DNA of 64,000 nucleotides from NCBI GenBank assembly GCA_963827235.1, contig CAWHAE010000012.1, positions 480,001 to 544,000 on the forward strand, written 5' to 3'. Under the pieces are notes generated by a model. That model had not been told where the DNA came from. It saw only the letters and a list, made by a program, of their open reading frames with translations, and did no database searches. Below, piece after piece: positions 9,451-20,054 of this stretch; the first letter of the stretch is position 1, and the number at the start of each line of letters is the position of its first letter. The position numbers and the translations under genes were made by a program. Origin of the DNA: an uncultured bacterium (lineage in GTDB: Bacteria; Chloroflexota; UBA5177; JANWHV01).

Positions 9451-10380
9451 TCACCCTTCTAGCGCCGTGGGCACCTCCGGCCGCCCGGCACGCGCAGGCA
9501 CGTCATCCTCACCGACGTGCAGGACCTGCACATCGGTACCGGCCGGGTTTCCCGTGCGTAGGAGCAGCACGGCCGCTGCGCGCTCGTGGACCACGCGCTC
9601 GGCGACGGAGCTGGCCAGCCAGTGCAGCGGCGAGTCGTGCGCGTGCGTGGCCATGACCACGAGGCGCTCCGTCCCGGCCAACTCGTGGATGGCCCCGGCT
9701 ACGACACCTACCACCACGCGCCGTTCCACGACTGGAAGGCTCTGCGAAGCCAGCCGCTCGGCGACGTCGGCAAGATAGCGCTCACCCGCGGCTCTCTCGC
9801 TCTCGTGCTGCACCACGCGCAGCAGACTCACCCACTGCACCACCGCCGGCGCCAGGGCCAACAGTGGCCTGAGGGCCGCTTCATGCGCGGCCGACCCGTC
9901 CAGCGGCAGCACGGCGTGCCGCAAGCACACCGGATCAGCGCCTCCGCCCACCAGCAGGAGCGGCGCCCTGCCGTGGCGCAGCAGGTAGCTCGCCAAACGT
10001 CCCAGCGCGAGCCGCGCCGGCCCCGCGTGGTGGTGCGCGCCCAGCACCACCAGGTCGATTCCCTGCTCCTGCTCGTAGCGCTGCAGTGCAGGCCCGGCGT
10101 CGCCAAGCAACTCGTCCGTGCAGACGGTGAGGCCGCCGGTCGCCAGCTGCGCGCGAGCACCCTCGAGCGCGGCCCGCGCCGCTTGCTCGTCGGCTTGCAT
10201 GGCGGCGTCGTAGTCCGCTTGCGGCGCGTAAGCACCCATGAGCGCCCACGGCTCCGGCAGCGGCACGACGCACACCAGGTACACCGTCGCCCGCATCGCC
10301 GCGGCCAGCGTCCGTGCTATCGGGAGGGCCTGCTCGCCAGCGGGCGAGCCGTCCAGCGGTACCAGCACCCGGCGGAACAT
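9451..10380 (-). CDS. Tandem universal stress protein
   Basis: MFRRVLVPLDGS...DLVVLGAH and a second domain AVLPLDGS...LVVMATH...SVAERVV. Confidence 0.88.
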   Translation of the reverse strand: MFRRVLVPLDGSPAGEQALPIARTLAAAMRATVYLVCVVPLPEPWALMGAYAPQADYDAAMQADEQAARAALEGARAQLATGGLTVCTDELLGDAGPALQRYEQEQGIDLVVLGAHHHAGPARLALGRLASYLLRHGRAPLLLVGGGADPVCLRHAVLPLDGSAAHEAALRPLLALAPAVVQWVSLLRVVQHESERAAGERYLADVAERLASQSLPVVERRVVVGVVAGAIHELAGTERLVVMATHAHDSPLHWLASSVAERVVHERAAAVLLLRTGNPAGTDVQVLHVGEDDVPARAGRPEVPTALEG

Positions 10381-10915
10381 CGCGCGCACATCCTCGTGAG
10401 GACACGCCGACCCGCGGCCCGAATCTCCTCCAACTGCTTGTAGTATACAACTAGTGCAGCGTGCCAAACAAGGAGCTTGAGCGCCGGCAGGCCTCGCCCT
10501 GGGTGGGAGCTACGACGAGCGCGAGTAGGCCTGGCTGGGAGTGCGCGCTCCCAATCTGGGCGTGTTTTCGCCGACGCCGAGACCGATGCGTTCGAGCAAG
10601 AGAGTGCCGAGCAGCTCACCGCACTGCATGGTCCCTACCCAAGCTGTGTTGATGTCGTTGCGCGCTTCGGCCGAGCTGGTGCCGGAGGCCTGGGAGTACA
10701 GCGTGGCTCGCCCTGCACGCGGCGCGCCAGCAACAGGCTAGGGTCGGGGCAAGTTGGTAGTTCCTGGCGGCACGCGCAGCCTCGGGCTGCCACACCCGCC
10801 GAGCCCGGCAGGCTGATCCTCACCGCCGCGCCGGAGCCTCGTGCGTTCGCGCGTTCTGGCGGATCCCGTGCCGCTGGCGACCGTGCTCTCGTTCCGATCG
10901 GACGGCACCCCATGC

Positions 10916-13448
10916 TCACTGGCAGACCACGTCGTAGACGGGCGTGCCGGTCTGCCGCTCGATGGAGTACCGGTAGGCACCACCCCGGCACGGATTGACC
11001 ACTGCCGGATCGGTGGTGGTCACGATGGTCGTGCCGGCTGGTGGCCGCCCGGCGTACGGGGAGTACGGCGGCGTGAGGCCGTCTTCGGCTCCCGCCGGTG
11101 TGCTCTCCGAACCGGGCAGCGTGCCCGCGGCGAAGAGGTCGGTCGTCCCGTACGGGCTGAGCTGCACGCTTACCGGCTCGCCGCCGGACCAAACCGGCGC
11201 CACCGTCGCCGTGATGATCCCGGGCGGCTCGATGAACTGCTCCGGCAGCGTGTTCTGCGTGGCCGCCTGCATGAACTGGTGCCAGGCCGGCGCCGCCCCG
11301 CTGATCCCGGTCGTCCCCTCCATCGGCGTGTCGTTGGGATTGCCTACCCAGACCCCGGCCACCAGGCTGGGCGTGTAGCCCAGGGTCAGGTTGTCCTTGA
11401 AGTCGCTCGTTGTGCCGGTCTTGCTCGCTACCGGCCGGTCGGGCAGGGCCAGGAGCGAGTAGGCTGCCTCGCCGAACGCCGGTACTTTGGCCGCCGTGTC
11501 GCTCAGGATGCTCGTGATCAGGTAGGCGAACTGCGGCGCGATGACCTGCGTGCCCTTGGGCGTCTGGTAGCGCCAGAGCAGCTGCTTGCCGCCGCCGGGT
11601 AGCTCCCGGTAGATGGCCAGGATGGGCATGTACGGCCGGTAGACGCCCAGGTTGGCGAAGACCGCGTAGCCGTTCACCTCGTCGAGCAGCCGGCCCGGGT
11701 CGGCGCCCAGCGTCATCGCCAGCCCCAGCTCGTGCGGCTTCTGGATCTGCAGATGGTAGCCCACGGCGTTGGTGGTCTGCAACACCTCGGCGATGCCTGA
11801 CTGCCCCAGCGAGGCCAGCGTCTTCACTGCCGGCACGTTGTAGGAGTTGGCCAGGGCCTGGCGCAGCGTCACCACGCCGTGGTAGCTCAGGTCGTAATTG
11901 GTCGGCGTGTACGGTGGCAGACCCGGGCCTTGGGGATAGGAGACAGGGGCGTCGAGGATCGACTCGGCTGGCACGTGCCCGTGCTCAAAGGCCGTCACGT
12001 ACATGAACGGCTTGAAGGAGGAGCCGGCCTGCCGGGGCTGCCAGGCCATGTCGTACTGCGCGCCGTTGGTCGGCGCGTTGTATCCCACGCCGCCCACGTA
12101 GGCCAGGATCTCGTTGCTCTGTGGGTCGATAGCCACCAGCGCCCCATCGCTGATGTTCAGATAGCTGTTGGCTGCCACTTGCTGATCGATGGCCGCTTGC
12201 GCTTCGTCCTGCAGGTTCGAGTTCAACGTGGTCTGGAATATGAAACCGCGGTAGATGTCCTGCGGCTGCTGCAGGCCGGGAATGCCGAACTGGCGCAGGT
12301 TGGAGGGCTGGCTGAGATAGTCGCTGAGCAGCCAGTGCACGAAGTACGACTCGTTGGTCGTATCCACGGCCTGCGTCGAGAGGGTCTTGAAGACGTAGCG
12401 CAGCGGTTCGGCGAGCGCGGTCTGTTCCTGGGTGGGCGAGATGTGGTGGTCGGCGAGCATGCCCTGCAGGACGAGATGCTGGCGGGCTTTGGCGCGGCCC
12501 GGGTAGGCGCGCGGGTCGTAGGCAGCGGGCGACTGGGGCAGACCCGCCAGCAGCGCCGACTGTGCCAGGTCGAGCTGAGCGGCGTGCTCGCCGAAGAAGT
12601 ATTCCGCTGCCGCCTCCACCCCGTCAATGTCGCCGCCGTTCGTGCCGTAGGTGACGGTGTTGAGATACATCTGCAGGATGGCGTCCTTACGGCAGCGCAG
12701 GTCGCAGTGTGCGACGTCGCGGGTCAGGCCGATGGCGATCAGCATCTCCCGGAACTTCATCTGCAGCCCGTTTTGGTCCAGCTTGGCGGGCGTCCACGCC
12801 GCCGGGCCGAAGTCCGCCAGCTTGACGAGCTGCTGCGTAATGGTCGAGGCGCCCTGCAGGTCGCCGTGGCCCAGCAGGTCGGTCTTCGCTGCACTGAGGA
12901 TGCGCAGGGGGTCGATGCCGGGGTCGGTGTAGAACGTGCGATTCTCGGTATCCAGGGTGGCCCAGACCATGAGCTGCGGGATGTCCTGCAAGGAGACCAG
13001 CAGACGCGTGCCCAGGGTGGGGTCGGCCAGCTGGGCCAGCGTGTCGCCTGCTCGAATCCTCGATCAGGCTGACGGCGACGGGCTGGCTCTCGTAGGCGGC
13101 CACAGCCTGCACGCCGGCCGGCACCACCGCCTGGTAGTAGCGGACGACCACGAGTGCCGCCACACACAAGACGGCGGCCAGTAGGAGCGAGCCCGCGGCA
13201 ATGCCGCAGAGCACCATGCTCGCGAGCACGGCCGGCAGCGAGCTGCCGTGCGAGACTGGCCGTGCCAGGCCCCTCCGCGCGAGCCGGGCATAGCGCGGTG
13301 CACCTCGGCTGCTTCGCGTGCCGGATGCGTCGACCGTGGCGAGCGGGGCCAGGTGGATCAGGCGCACCGACGAGTGAGCAGCGGAGCGCCGCAACCGCAG
13401 CGGGGATGACGGCAGAGGATGCCGCTCCGACAAGGTTCGTGCGAACAT
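10916..13448 (-). pseudogene. Class A penicillin-binding protein (transglycosylase + transpeptidase), frameshifted near 13050
   Basis: TM anchor in ORF 12687..13448. ENRTFY, GASTITQQLVK, LQMYLN, SSFK, SYN and KTG in ORF 10916..12991. Removing one base in GAT TCG AGC A GGC GAC fuses them. Could be a sequencing indel. Confidence 0.8.
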
Positions 13449-13529
13449 AGGCTGGCCTGCCGGTCACGATGTGTCTCTGTCAAGAGTGTAGTCCACCGCC
13501 TCGAACCTGTATACGGTCGCTGATCCACT

Positions 13530-13740
13530 GGGTGTAGTTCAGGGTTTTGGAAGTGCAGAGGAGGTAGGTTGAGAGGATAGGGTGGGCCAGGCAGCAGCGG
13601 CGGAGCGGGCAGCGGGTAGGGCCGGCGTGGGAGGCGTTCACGGATCTGCGGGGGTGGCGGGAACTGCACCCGCGCGCGACGCTGCGGGAGATTGAGCAGC
13701 AACTGGATCGGCGCTCCGCGCCTCCTGCCGAGTCGGTGAG
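13530..13740 (+). mobile_element. Truncated IS remnant (ISKra4/ISLre2-type accessory ORF start)
   Basis: Translates to AFTDLRGWRELHPRATLREIEQQLDRR, like the WRxxHPxATxxEIExxLD N-terminus of such elements; possible end sequence GGGTGTAGTTC at 13530. Family recalled from memory. Confidence 0.5.
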
Positions 13741-13858
13741 GCACTTACCCACTCGGGTACCGGTGGCACACGGCCCGAATGGGGCTTCCCACAATGCCAC
13801 AGGTCCCGCACGCTAGATGTATCGAACGCTGCGCTGTACTGTTTGTCGAGGTGTTCCG

Positions 13859-14065
13859 ATGGTAGATGCCAAGTTCCTCGCGGTGACCAGACAGGAAGCG
13901 GAATTGCTGCTGGACAGTTTCAAAGTCTCCAACCCGCTCACCCGCGATATCGCCCTCAAGGCCGCAAGCGTGGTGCTTGAATTCGCCGCGCAGGACAGCA
14001 TCCGGGACGCACGGGACATTGTCGGCAGCGCGTGGACTGTTGCAGTGGACGGCGAGTGCAGCTGA
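13859..14065 (+). CDS. Small hypothetical protein (68 aa)
   Basis: GAGGTG SD before ATG; helical-looking composition MVDAKFLAVTRQEAELLLDSF. Confidence 0.45.
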   Translation: MVDAKFLAVTRQEAELLLDSFKVSNPLTRDIALKAASVVLEFAAQDSIRDARDIVGSAWTVAVDGECS

Positions 14066-14189
14066 GGAGATCGCTCCCCACAACTGCACGTTCCAGGCGA
14101 TCAACAGGTGCCGGCATTGCTGCTGATCATGCTTCTTCGTGCGGGCCGCTGCCATGGCGGCTTCGGTCAAGACGCGGCGAATGGACGAG

Positions 14190-14553
14190 TACTCTTGGTG
14201 CGCGTGAGCGTGCGCTGGTGTGGACCCAGTGCGCACTCTTTCCGCACTCTTTCCGCGCTCAGCCGCCGTTCTTGCGGAAGGATGCCTGCTGCACGCAGCG
14301 GGTGGTCTGCTCGGCGGTCGCCGCCGTCCAAGAGAATGGCATGGCCTTCCGGCGCGTGAGCGGCCGCCTGGCCCGCGACTGCTGGGTCCAGCCCAGCAAG
14401 GCGACCATCCGACGCTGCTGCCGCGCCGCCGGCGGCGTTGTCCTCGATGAGGCCTATCAGGAGTGGATCGTCATCGAGTTGTCGGGCATCCTGTGCGTCG
14501 AAGACGTGTACAAGCGTGACCTGGCCCTGCTGCTGGCGGTCGACCCGTCCGCG
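14190..14553 (+). mobile_element. Degenerate transposase fragment
   Basis: FRAQPPFLRKDA...GMAFRRVSGRLARDCWVQPS...SGILCVEDVY...LALLLAVDP resembles a DDE-type transposase N-terminus (recalled); truncated and frameshifted. Confidence 0.6.
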
Positions 14554-14554
14554 T

Positions 14555-14659
14555 ACATGGAAGCCGGCCAGCACGACGATCGGCACGGGTAGCGTTACCG
14601 TGACCTGCACGGTGAGCGGTCAGACCGCGAGCGGTACAGCAGCCTTCACACTAAGCTGA
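14555..14659 (+). pseudogene. C-terminal fragment of a small secreted beta-rich protein
   Basis: TWKPASTTIGTGSVTVTCTVSGQTASGTAAFTLS* resembles the tail of the 16884..17226 product. Confidence 0.4.
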
Positions 14660-14788
14660 TTCTGCCGAGATCGACGCTGAGAGTTGCGGGGAACTGGTCA
14701 TGCTTCAGGCCAGGGTTACACAATCAAAGTCAGCGGGCCAGCGTCGATTCTCGTCAATGTATACGTGGTAGACGTCGTGCGACGGAAT

Positions 14789-15280
14789 TCATTCTACGCC
14801 GAAGATCTCTTCTACCGTGCTCCGCATCTCCTCAAACAACTCCGGGTTTGACTGAGTCTCTTCAAACACCAAGTGGTCAACGCGCTGACGGGGACCACGT
14901 GACGTCAAAAAACTCGAGGTTTGACTGAGTCTCTTCAAGCACCCTCACCAGCGATCGATACCACCACTTCTGCTTGTCACGGCCGGCATTGAATCTGCTC
15001 CACACACTATCACCCAGGCGGCGATAGTCGCGCAACGTAGCCCGGGCGTTGTTCAGCTAGTCTGCCAGTGCGACAAGTCTGACGGGCGAGGTCGCCTCGC
15101 GCAGGTGGTGAAGATACGTCTCTTTGCGCTCCTGCCACGGTGGTTTGGGAAGTTGATCCGTTTCGGAACAGCCACTCACGATTTCGGCCACCGTGTCGCC
15201 GAAAAGATCGCGGATCCGCTGCAGCGTGGGTGCGCTGCCTTGATCTTCGACGGCGTCAAGCAGTAGTGCGGCAATGGCTG
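14789..15280 (-). pseudogene. HD-domain (Mesh1/SpoT-hydrolase-like) pseudogene
   Basis: Manual translation AIAALLLDAVEDQG...FGDTVAEIVSGCSE...PWQERKETY...VALAD*LNNAR...WSRFNAG...WWYRSL. HD reads LD, in-frame TAG at 15057-15059, N-terminus missing. Confidence 0.8.
14832..14943. repeat. 39-bp imperfect direct repeat (35/39) around a 34-bp insert
   Basis: 14832-14870 TCAAACAACTCCGGGTTTGACTGAGTCTCTTCAAACACC versus 14905-14943 TCAAAAAACTCGAGGTTTGACTGAGTCTCTTCAAGCACC. Confidence 0.9.
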
Positions 15281-15355
15281 ATAGTGGACAGTACGGCCCA
15301 GGAACTCAACGGTGCGGCGCTCATAACCGGGTGACATGCACCGTGCACCTCTCCC

Positions 15356-15676
15356 TTGGCACGCCGAGCATGCGCGGTAATATTGCTGACAAAGAACATG
15401 GTCCTTGGTGCTCCCACGATCTACCAGGGATCGGTGAACAGCACGTCGTTCCGCGTGGGCGAGCTGTTCCGGGAGGCGATCCGCCAGAACGCGGCGTCGA
15501 TGATTCTGGTGCACAACCATCCAAGCGGCGATCCCTCGCCCAGTGCGGAGGACATCCAGGTCACGCGCGTGGTCGTGGAAGCCGGCCGAATGCTGGACGT
15601 GGAGGTGCTGGACCACCTGGTGATCGGGCACGGCAAGTACGTGAGCCTCAAGGAGCGACGGCTCGGGTTTGGGTGA
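15356..15676 (+). pseudogene. radC: RadC/JAB-domain C-terminal fragment
   Basis: [17 protein letters not shown]...VLDHLVIG; N-terminal part absent. Confidence 0.8.
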
Positions 15677-16628
15677 CAAGCCTCCGGCTGCGGCCGAATG
15701 GAAGGGCCGGCGGCTGCGGCCGGTTGAACCGGGCGCGTGAAGATTTCGCGGGACGATGTTGCGCTGCCTGTACGCACAGGGGCGAGGGTACATTCGTTTC
15801 GCAGTTTTGTACCAGGGCAGGCAGATTGCCCGGGCGAGGATGCGCTGATTCGGGCACGGCACCGGCGGGGACGTTCGGCGACATGAGAGCTCCGGCACCC
15901 GGCAGCAAGCGCGCGATTGAGGAGACAGTGGCGGGCGGGGTCGTAGGGGGATGCGGCGTTGCGGGCGCCTGGGCGGTCTGGGGTGATGGGGAGTTCGTTT
16001 CGCAGTCTTGCGCGATCTCGGGCCGGTTGCCGGCGGCTGCGCGGGCTGAGCCGGGCACGGTGCCGCCGGGAATTGGCGGCGGGAGGGCGTCACCTTCGGC
16101 CACTGACCGCGCCGCACGGAGGGCCTGGATGTGGTCGAGCTGATGCAGCGTGCGGGTGAGTTCGCGTGAGAGGTGCGCTTCGTAGCGCATGATCAGCTCG
16201 ACGGTGGGGGCGGCCGGCAGGCTGGGGCTCAGAAAGGGGGTGGTCCGCTGGGCGGCGAACATGCGGCCCACGCGGGTGGCCTGCCGCCCGCGCTCCCAGA
16301 AGGCGGCTTCGAAGTCCATGGCGCCACTTTGGTCCGTGGGCCGCTGGTCAGGGTGGGGCAGGACGGCGTCGATGGCTTCGGCTTCGTAGCGGGCGAGGCG
16401 GGCAAGTCGCCAATGCAGGTGGGCGACGCGCTTGGCGATGGCGAGCTCGAGCAGGCCGATGGGAGCGAGCGTCTCGACGGTCTGGGCGGAGAAGGCCTCC
16501 CATTCGGCAGTAGATTCGTAGGTGCCGAGGACGGTGGCGGCGCTGAGCAGGCCGTGGCGGGTGGCGTTGCGCGAGGAGGCGGCCTTGCCGGCGGCAGTAC
16601 GGGGACCAGTCGCGTTGGCGGTGGACAT
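15648..16628 (-). CDS. Hypothetical protein of the TGPRTxxGKxxSxxNAxxHG family with a Pro-rich tail
   Basis: [43 protein letters not shown], repeated CETN; AAAGGAG SD. Confidence 0.75.
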   Translation of the reverse strand: MSTANATGPRTAAGKAASSRNATRHGLLSAATVLGTYESTAEWEAFSAQTVETLAPIGLLELAIAKRVAHLHWRLARLARYEAEAIDAVLPHPDQRPTDQSGAMDFEAAFWERGRQATRVGRMFAAQRTTPFLSPSLPAAPTVELIMRYEAHLSRELTRTLHQLDHIQALRAARSVAEGDALPPPIPGGTVPGSARAAAGNRPEIAQDCETNSPSPQTAQAPATPHPPTTPPATVSSIARLLPGAGALMSPNVPAGAVPESAHPRPGNLPALVQNCETNVPSPLCVQAAQHRPAKSSRARFNRPQPPALPFGRSRRLVTQTRAVAP

Positions 16629-16750
16629 GGGAGCGACTCCTTTCGGCGAACGAGGCCTCCGGATGCGTCCAGATGGAAGGGATCCCCACTGCGGTGGGTG
16701 CCCGCCGGCTGCGGCCGGGGCCGGGCGCGCAGCATCGAGGGCGGCGATAT

Positions 16751-16805
16751 TAGTATCTATGTTCTAGTATCGAGCTCATCATAGCACGGTATTTCCCGTT
16801 GTCAA
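16751..16805 (-). promoter_or_regulatory. sigma70-type promoter with a downstream LexA-box-like palindrome
   Basis: Minus strand TTGACA-N16-TATGAT (with extended -10 TG), then TAGAAC-ATAG-ATACTA at 16751-16766. Confidence 0.6.
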
Positions 16806-16883
16806 GGAAGACACGTTGAAGGAGGTCAGTCAGTATCACGGTTGGCTCAACCAGACCGAGAGCCCAAGCTTCACGCTACGACG

Positions 16884-17226
16884 TCAAACCACGCTACTGG
16901 TAACCGTGGCGTGCTCATAGACGCGTGCGACGGTCACAGTGTCACTGCTGCTCCTGGACTCCTCGTGCCAAGTCCAGGTCAGCGTGCCGGAGGTTGGGAC
17001 AACCGCCTGGGACATGTGTGGCGCGCCGGAACGAGGTTGGCACCATGCCGTTGTAGGTGATGCTCGGCGCACAGCTCGCGCCGGCATGAGTGCGCAGGTG
17101 CATCGTCGCAGCCGTGTTGTACATCATCAGGTTCGGCGTCACCGCCACGGTGAACTTCCAGACTGCCGCTTGCGCCGGGAGCATGCCTGACAGGGCTGCC
17201 AGGATCGCCGCGATCAGTACGCGCAT
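16884..17226 (-). pseudogene. Small secreted protein, frameshifted near 17015
   Basis: Signal peptide MRVLIAAILAALSGMLPAQA; the sensible continuation (VPTSGTLTWTWHE) is in another frame. Confidence 0.55.
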
Positions 17227-17499
17227 GGAGCCTTCACTCTTCCTCCATGACGCTTGAGCTTGCCCGCCTCATCGATACACCAAGGGTAAGCCCCGCGAAA
17301 GGCGCGCAGCCGAAGGGTTTTCCCTGGCGCCAATCTGCCACATCCTGCTTGCTAGGCAGGGCAAAGTGGCGAACTCTGTGGTTGCACCGGGAGCGATCAT
17401 CGTTTGGCATCATGAAGTCTCGGCTGCGCCGGTTCGTGTTGGGAGGTCTGCATGTCTAGAGATCCACTGGATACCCGGACCTCGATCTTTAGCACCGCG

Positions 17500-19251
17500 T
17501 CAGGCCGGGCCTTCGAGTAGGCGGCGCATGCGGTAGGTGCCGGCTGCCAGGGCGGCAGCGCTGATGGCGATCGTCAGCGCGAACATCGCGCCTATGCCCG
17601 CTGCCACCCGGGCGGCATCGCTGGGCGCGGAGACAAGGATGAGCACCAGCAGCGTGCAGATGCCGCCGACCAGCGCGAGGCCGCCGAATGCGCCCGCGAA
17701 CTGCGCCGGACCACTGACCTGGCGATTGGGAGCGCTCCAGTCCAGGCGCGGCCAGATCAGGCTCAACACCAGGAGCATGCCGTTCAGGGCGATCACCAGG
17801 AACGCCACGGTGACGAAACACAACAGGGCCTTGAGCAGCGCCAGCTTCAGTAGCACCACTCCCGCGACCATGACTGCCTCGACTATCGCCAGCGGGGGCA
17901 GGGCGCAGAAAGCCCACTTCACCAGCACCACGTCGCGTGGCGCGATGGGCGCGAGAGCAAGAATGTTCAGTGCCCGGCCCTCCCGATTCACGACCCGGAG
18001 TGCCATGAAGCCGACGCCCAGAAGATAGACGCACAATCCCAGCGTCGTGAAGAAGGTGATAATCGACGCCGAGTGCGAGGCACCGGAAGGATTGAATGCG
18101 CGATAGAGCCCAAAGAGAACGATCGCAAGGGGATAGACCATTCGCGCCCAGAGCTGGGGATCGCGCTTCAGCGATCGCCATTCCTTCCGCCACAACGGCC
18201 TCCATATCGTGGCGAGGACGATCCCGTTCGTGGCCCCGGTCGGCGCTGCTATACCCTCGGAGACGTTTATCGAGGCGAGTGGTGCGGCGGACCGTGGGAC
18301 CGCCGAGCGAGTGCCGGCGGCGCTCGTCTTGCGCCGACCGCCGACTTCCTGATACGTTGCCCAGCCGGTGGCAAACAGATAGGCCGTGAGTACCACCGCG
18401 GTGCCGGCCAGCACGACACCGAGCACGATCTCACCGGCGAGGTACCCGGCCGCATTCGCGGCATGCGTTTGCGCCGTGGCTGCCAGTGCGTTGCCCGGCC
18501 ACGTCGTGGGGAGGCTCTGCCACCATGCATGCGAAGATTGGGCCAGCAGCGACCGCAAATCCGCACTCTGGTGTCCGGAGCCCTTGTTCGCCAGCAATTG
18601 TGTGCCGATGTAGAAGGCAACCGCCATCAGGCTGCCCATGACTACCGTAATCGTGCGCGCCCAGCGCGGCGGCAGCCAGCGAAGGACGGCCACGAGAACG
18701 ATCTGGGACACGGCGACGGGAGCAACCGGCATGAACAGCAGCGCCACCACGGCCACGGCGGCGTAGCCCGGCCCGAGGCTCAACGAAAACCCCACGCCCA
18801 GCAGAATGGGCAGTCCCACGAGCAAGATCAGTGCCGATAGCTGAGCATTGACGTACAGGAACTTCTCGATCATGATCAGGCGCGGCGACAGTGGCGTCAG
18901 CAGGAGCAGCCGCAGGTCGCTGTTGTACGTGTACGTGGCGAGTACCGCGGGAATGGCGAAGAGAAACACCATCACCGTAGCAGCCGACGAGACCCATGTG
19001 AGCAGTGGCGCGAGCACCAGCCGGCCGGTCGCGCCACCTACGACGTCGACGAGTCGGCTCGCCAGGCTGAAGGCCACGAACTCTACCACGCCGGCGATCA
19101 CCGCATAGCGCAACAGACCCAGGTGGGGACGGGCCGTCGTCGCGCCGCGCCGGCCGGGTGCCGGGTGCAGCAACATGTGAAGCCGTGCTCGGATCAGCGC
19201 GACCAATGCGCCTCGGGCATCGGTGCTGCCGTCCGAAAGTCTGTCGCTCAT
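17500..19251 (-). CDS. ABC-2-type exporter permease
   Basis: Many TM segments, DLRLLLLTPLS, WRKEWRSLKRDP; 4-bp overlap with the ATPase gene. Confidence 0.85.
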   Translation of the reverse strand: MSDRLSDGSTDARGALVALIRARLHMLLHPAPGRRGATTARPHLGLLRYAVIAGVVEFVAFSLASRLVDVVGGATGRLVLAPLLTWVSSAATVMVFLFAIPAVLATYTYNSDLRLLLLTPLSPRLIMIEKFLYVNAQLSALILLVGLPILLGVGFSLSLGPGYAAVAVVALLFMPVAPVAVSQIVLVAVLRWLPPRWARTITVVMGSLMAVAFYIGTQLLANKGSGHQSADLRSLLAQSSHAWWQSLPTTWPGNALAATAQTHAANAAGYLAGEIVLGVVLAGTAVVLTAYLFATGWATYQEVGGRRKTSAAGTRSAVPRSAAPLASINVSEGIAAPTGATNGIVLATIWRPLWRKEWRSLKRDPQLWARMVYPLAIVLFGLYRAFNPSGASHSASIITFFTTLGLCVYLLGVGFMALRVVNREGRALNILALAPIAPRDVVLVKWAFCALPPLAIVEAVMVAGVVLLKLALLKALLCFVTVAFLVIALNGMLLVLSLIWPRLDWSAPNRQVSGPAQFAGAFGGLALVGGICTLLVLILVSAPSDAARVAAGIGAMFALTIAISAAALAAGTYRMRRLLEGPA

Positions 19252-20054
19252 GGGGCGGCAAGCTCCCGCGCCGCGGCCCGCTCGTCTTCACTGTCCCCGG
19301 TCAGGCGCAAGAAAATGTCTTCCAGGCTTTCGTCGCGTGTGCCGTGCGCCGCCCGGCGCAGCTCGTCCAGTGAGCCCTGCGCGATGAGACGGCCAGCGTC
19401 GATGATCGCCACCCGGTCGCAGATTGCCTGGGCGATCTCCAGAATATGCGTGCACAGCAGAACCGCTCTGCCCTGCCCGGCAAGCGACCGTATGGTGTCC
19501 TTTAGCAATCGCGCGCTGCGCGGGTCCAGGCCGACCGTCGGCTCATCCAGGAAGAGCAATTGCGGATTATGAATGAGCGTGCCCGAAAGCGCCGTCTTCT
19601 GCTTCATGCCATGCGAGTAGCCCACGATCTGGCTGTCTGCTGCATCGCCCAAGTCGAAGTACTCCAGAAGCTGTCCGACGCGCGCCGCTAGCCGGTCGGT
19701 GGCGCCATACAGCTCACCCATCAGCGTGATGAACTCTCGCGCGGTGAGTCGATCGTAGAGGTATGGCTCGTCCGGTACGTATCCGATCAGCGGCTTCACG
19801 CGCTGGGCAGCAGTTATCACGTCATAGCCGGCCACCCTGACGCTGCCGGCCGTCGGCCGGAGCAGTCCGGTGCACATGCTGATGGTGGTGGTCTTCCCGG
19901 CCCCGTTGGGTCCGAGCACCCCAAGAACTTCGCCCGGGTGGACGCTCAGAGAGAGGTCGCCCACGGCGGTGAAGTCGCCGAAGCGCTTCACCAGGTGTTC
20001 GGCCTCCAGCAGAGGCCGCGATTGGCGACTACGGCCTTCGGTATCGGCATCCAT
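19248..20054 (-). CDS. ABC transporter ATP-binding protein
   Basis: GPNGAGKTT, YSHGMKQK, FLDEPT, CTH; start placed at MDADTEG. Confidence 0.93.
   Translation of the reverse strand: MDADTEGRSRQSRPLLEAEHLVKRFGDFTAVGDLSLSVHPGEVLGVLGPNGAGKTTTISMCTGLLRPTAGSVRVAGYDVITAAQRVKPLIGYVPDEPYLYDRLTAREFITLMGELYGATDRLAARVGQLLEYFDLGDAADSQIVGYSHGMKQKTALSGTLIHNPQLLFLDEPTVGLDPRSARLLKDTIRSLAGQGRAVLLCTHILEIAQAICDRVAIIDAGRLIAQGSLDELRRAAHGTRDESLEDIFLRLTGDSEDERAAARELAAP

Noticed and set aside
7060-13060. Programmed frameshifting in the MBL and PBP genes
   Set aside because: No slippery heptamer or homopolymer tract at either site; error or decay is simpler.
14832-14943. Mini CRISPR array
   Set aside because: Only two imperfect repeats, both encoding part of the HD pseudogene; no cas genes or leader in the window.
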